A stretch of DNA of 64,000 bases from Isurus oxyrinchus (lineage: Eukaryota), in NCBI GenBank assembly GCA_026770705.1, contig JANJGN010000100.1, positions 744,001-808,000 on the forward strand. Direction: 5' to 3'. Below are positions 63,351 to 64,000 of this stretch, piece by piece (positions within the stretch are counted from its first letter, which is position 1; each line of letters starts with the position of its first letter). The notes beneath the pieces are model-generated. The model saw nothing but the letters and a program-made list of their open reading frames with translations, was not told the origin of the DNA and made no database searches. Position numbers and translations under genes: made by a program.

Positions 63351-64000
63351 TAAATAAGGAAATCTGTGAATGGAATTTTTAATAATTAGTATGGAATGCC
63401 TTCCTATTTCTCACTGAGATGGCATAATATAATGGACTTTGGTGGGCCGGGGAAATAGGCGCTGCAGTAATGGTAAACTCACTTGACCAATAAACCAGAG
63501 GCTCAGGATTATGCTCTGTGGACATTGGTTCAAATTGCAACTCAGCAGCTGGTGCACTTTAAATTCAATTAACAAATCAGTAATGGTGACTAGAAAGTCA
63601 GCAGCCTGCCACCCTGTAACGCCATACACACAGTAAAGGGACTAACTTTTAACTGCCCTCTGAAATTGCAGAGCGAAACTTTCAGTCCAGGGGCAATTAG
63701 GGATGGGTAACAAACGTTAATCTTACCAGCGGCGCCCACATCGCATCAAAGAATAGAAAAAGAAAGATAGATTAGTGCAGTGTTTATTAATGTTGAGAAC
63801 AGTGTGCAACTTGTCGATTCTGAAATTATTGCTGCCCAGCATTTGATAAAAGCTTCAAGCGGAAATGTGGGGGGATGTGTTTTGGCAGAAGGGGTAGGGA
63901 AAGGCAATATCAATACCGTGGCGAAGTTCTCAATAGTGCGCAGGGGCAGAGGGTCCTGAGGGTGCATGTGCATTGGCCTTTGCAGGTAACATGAATTTAT

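Noticed and set aside
44400-64000. Second Ig cluster or another host gene upstream
   Set aside because: No Ig-domain ORFs, RSS pairs or credible exons were found. The content is mostly retroelement fragments.

Overview
Cartilaginous-fish (shark) genomic DNA containing one complete, apparently intact germline IgNAR (new antigen receptor, heavy-chain-only antibody) cluster on the minus strand, about 7.4-44.3 kb. Order: octamer/TATA promoter, leader, V(22-RSS), (12)D1(23), (12)D2(22), (12)D3(12), (23)J, 13 kb intron, C1, C2, C3, C4, C5+secretory tail, TM1, TM2 (VK*). All splice sites are GT-AG and the exon phases fit. The rest is mostly retroelement debris: CR1-clade and L2-like LINEs, SINE fragments and Penelope-like elements. 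I saw no second Ig cluster. Most notable observations: (1) a germline V with adjacent Cys28-Cys29 in CDR1 and all three D segments able to encode Cys; (2) inverted repeats built into several RSSs; (3) paired 256/255 and 381/382 bp intersegment distances; (4) candidate octamer/Ets/E-box enhancers; (5) Penelope-derived minimal hammerhead ribozyme motifs in sense orientation in the J-C1 intron, each with a core substitution. The species cannot be assigned from this sequence alone. Repeat boundaries are approximate and were set by eye.
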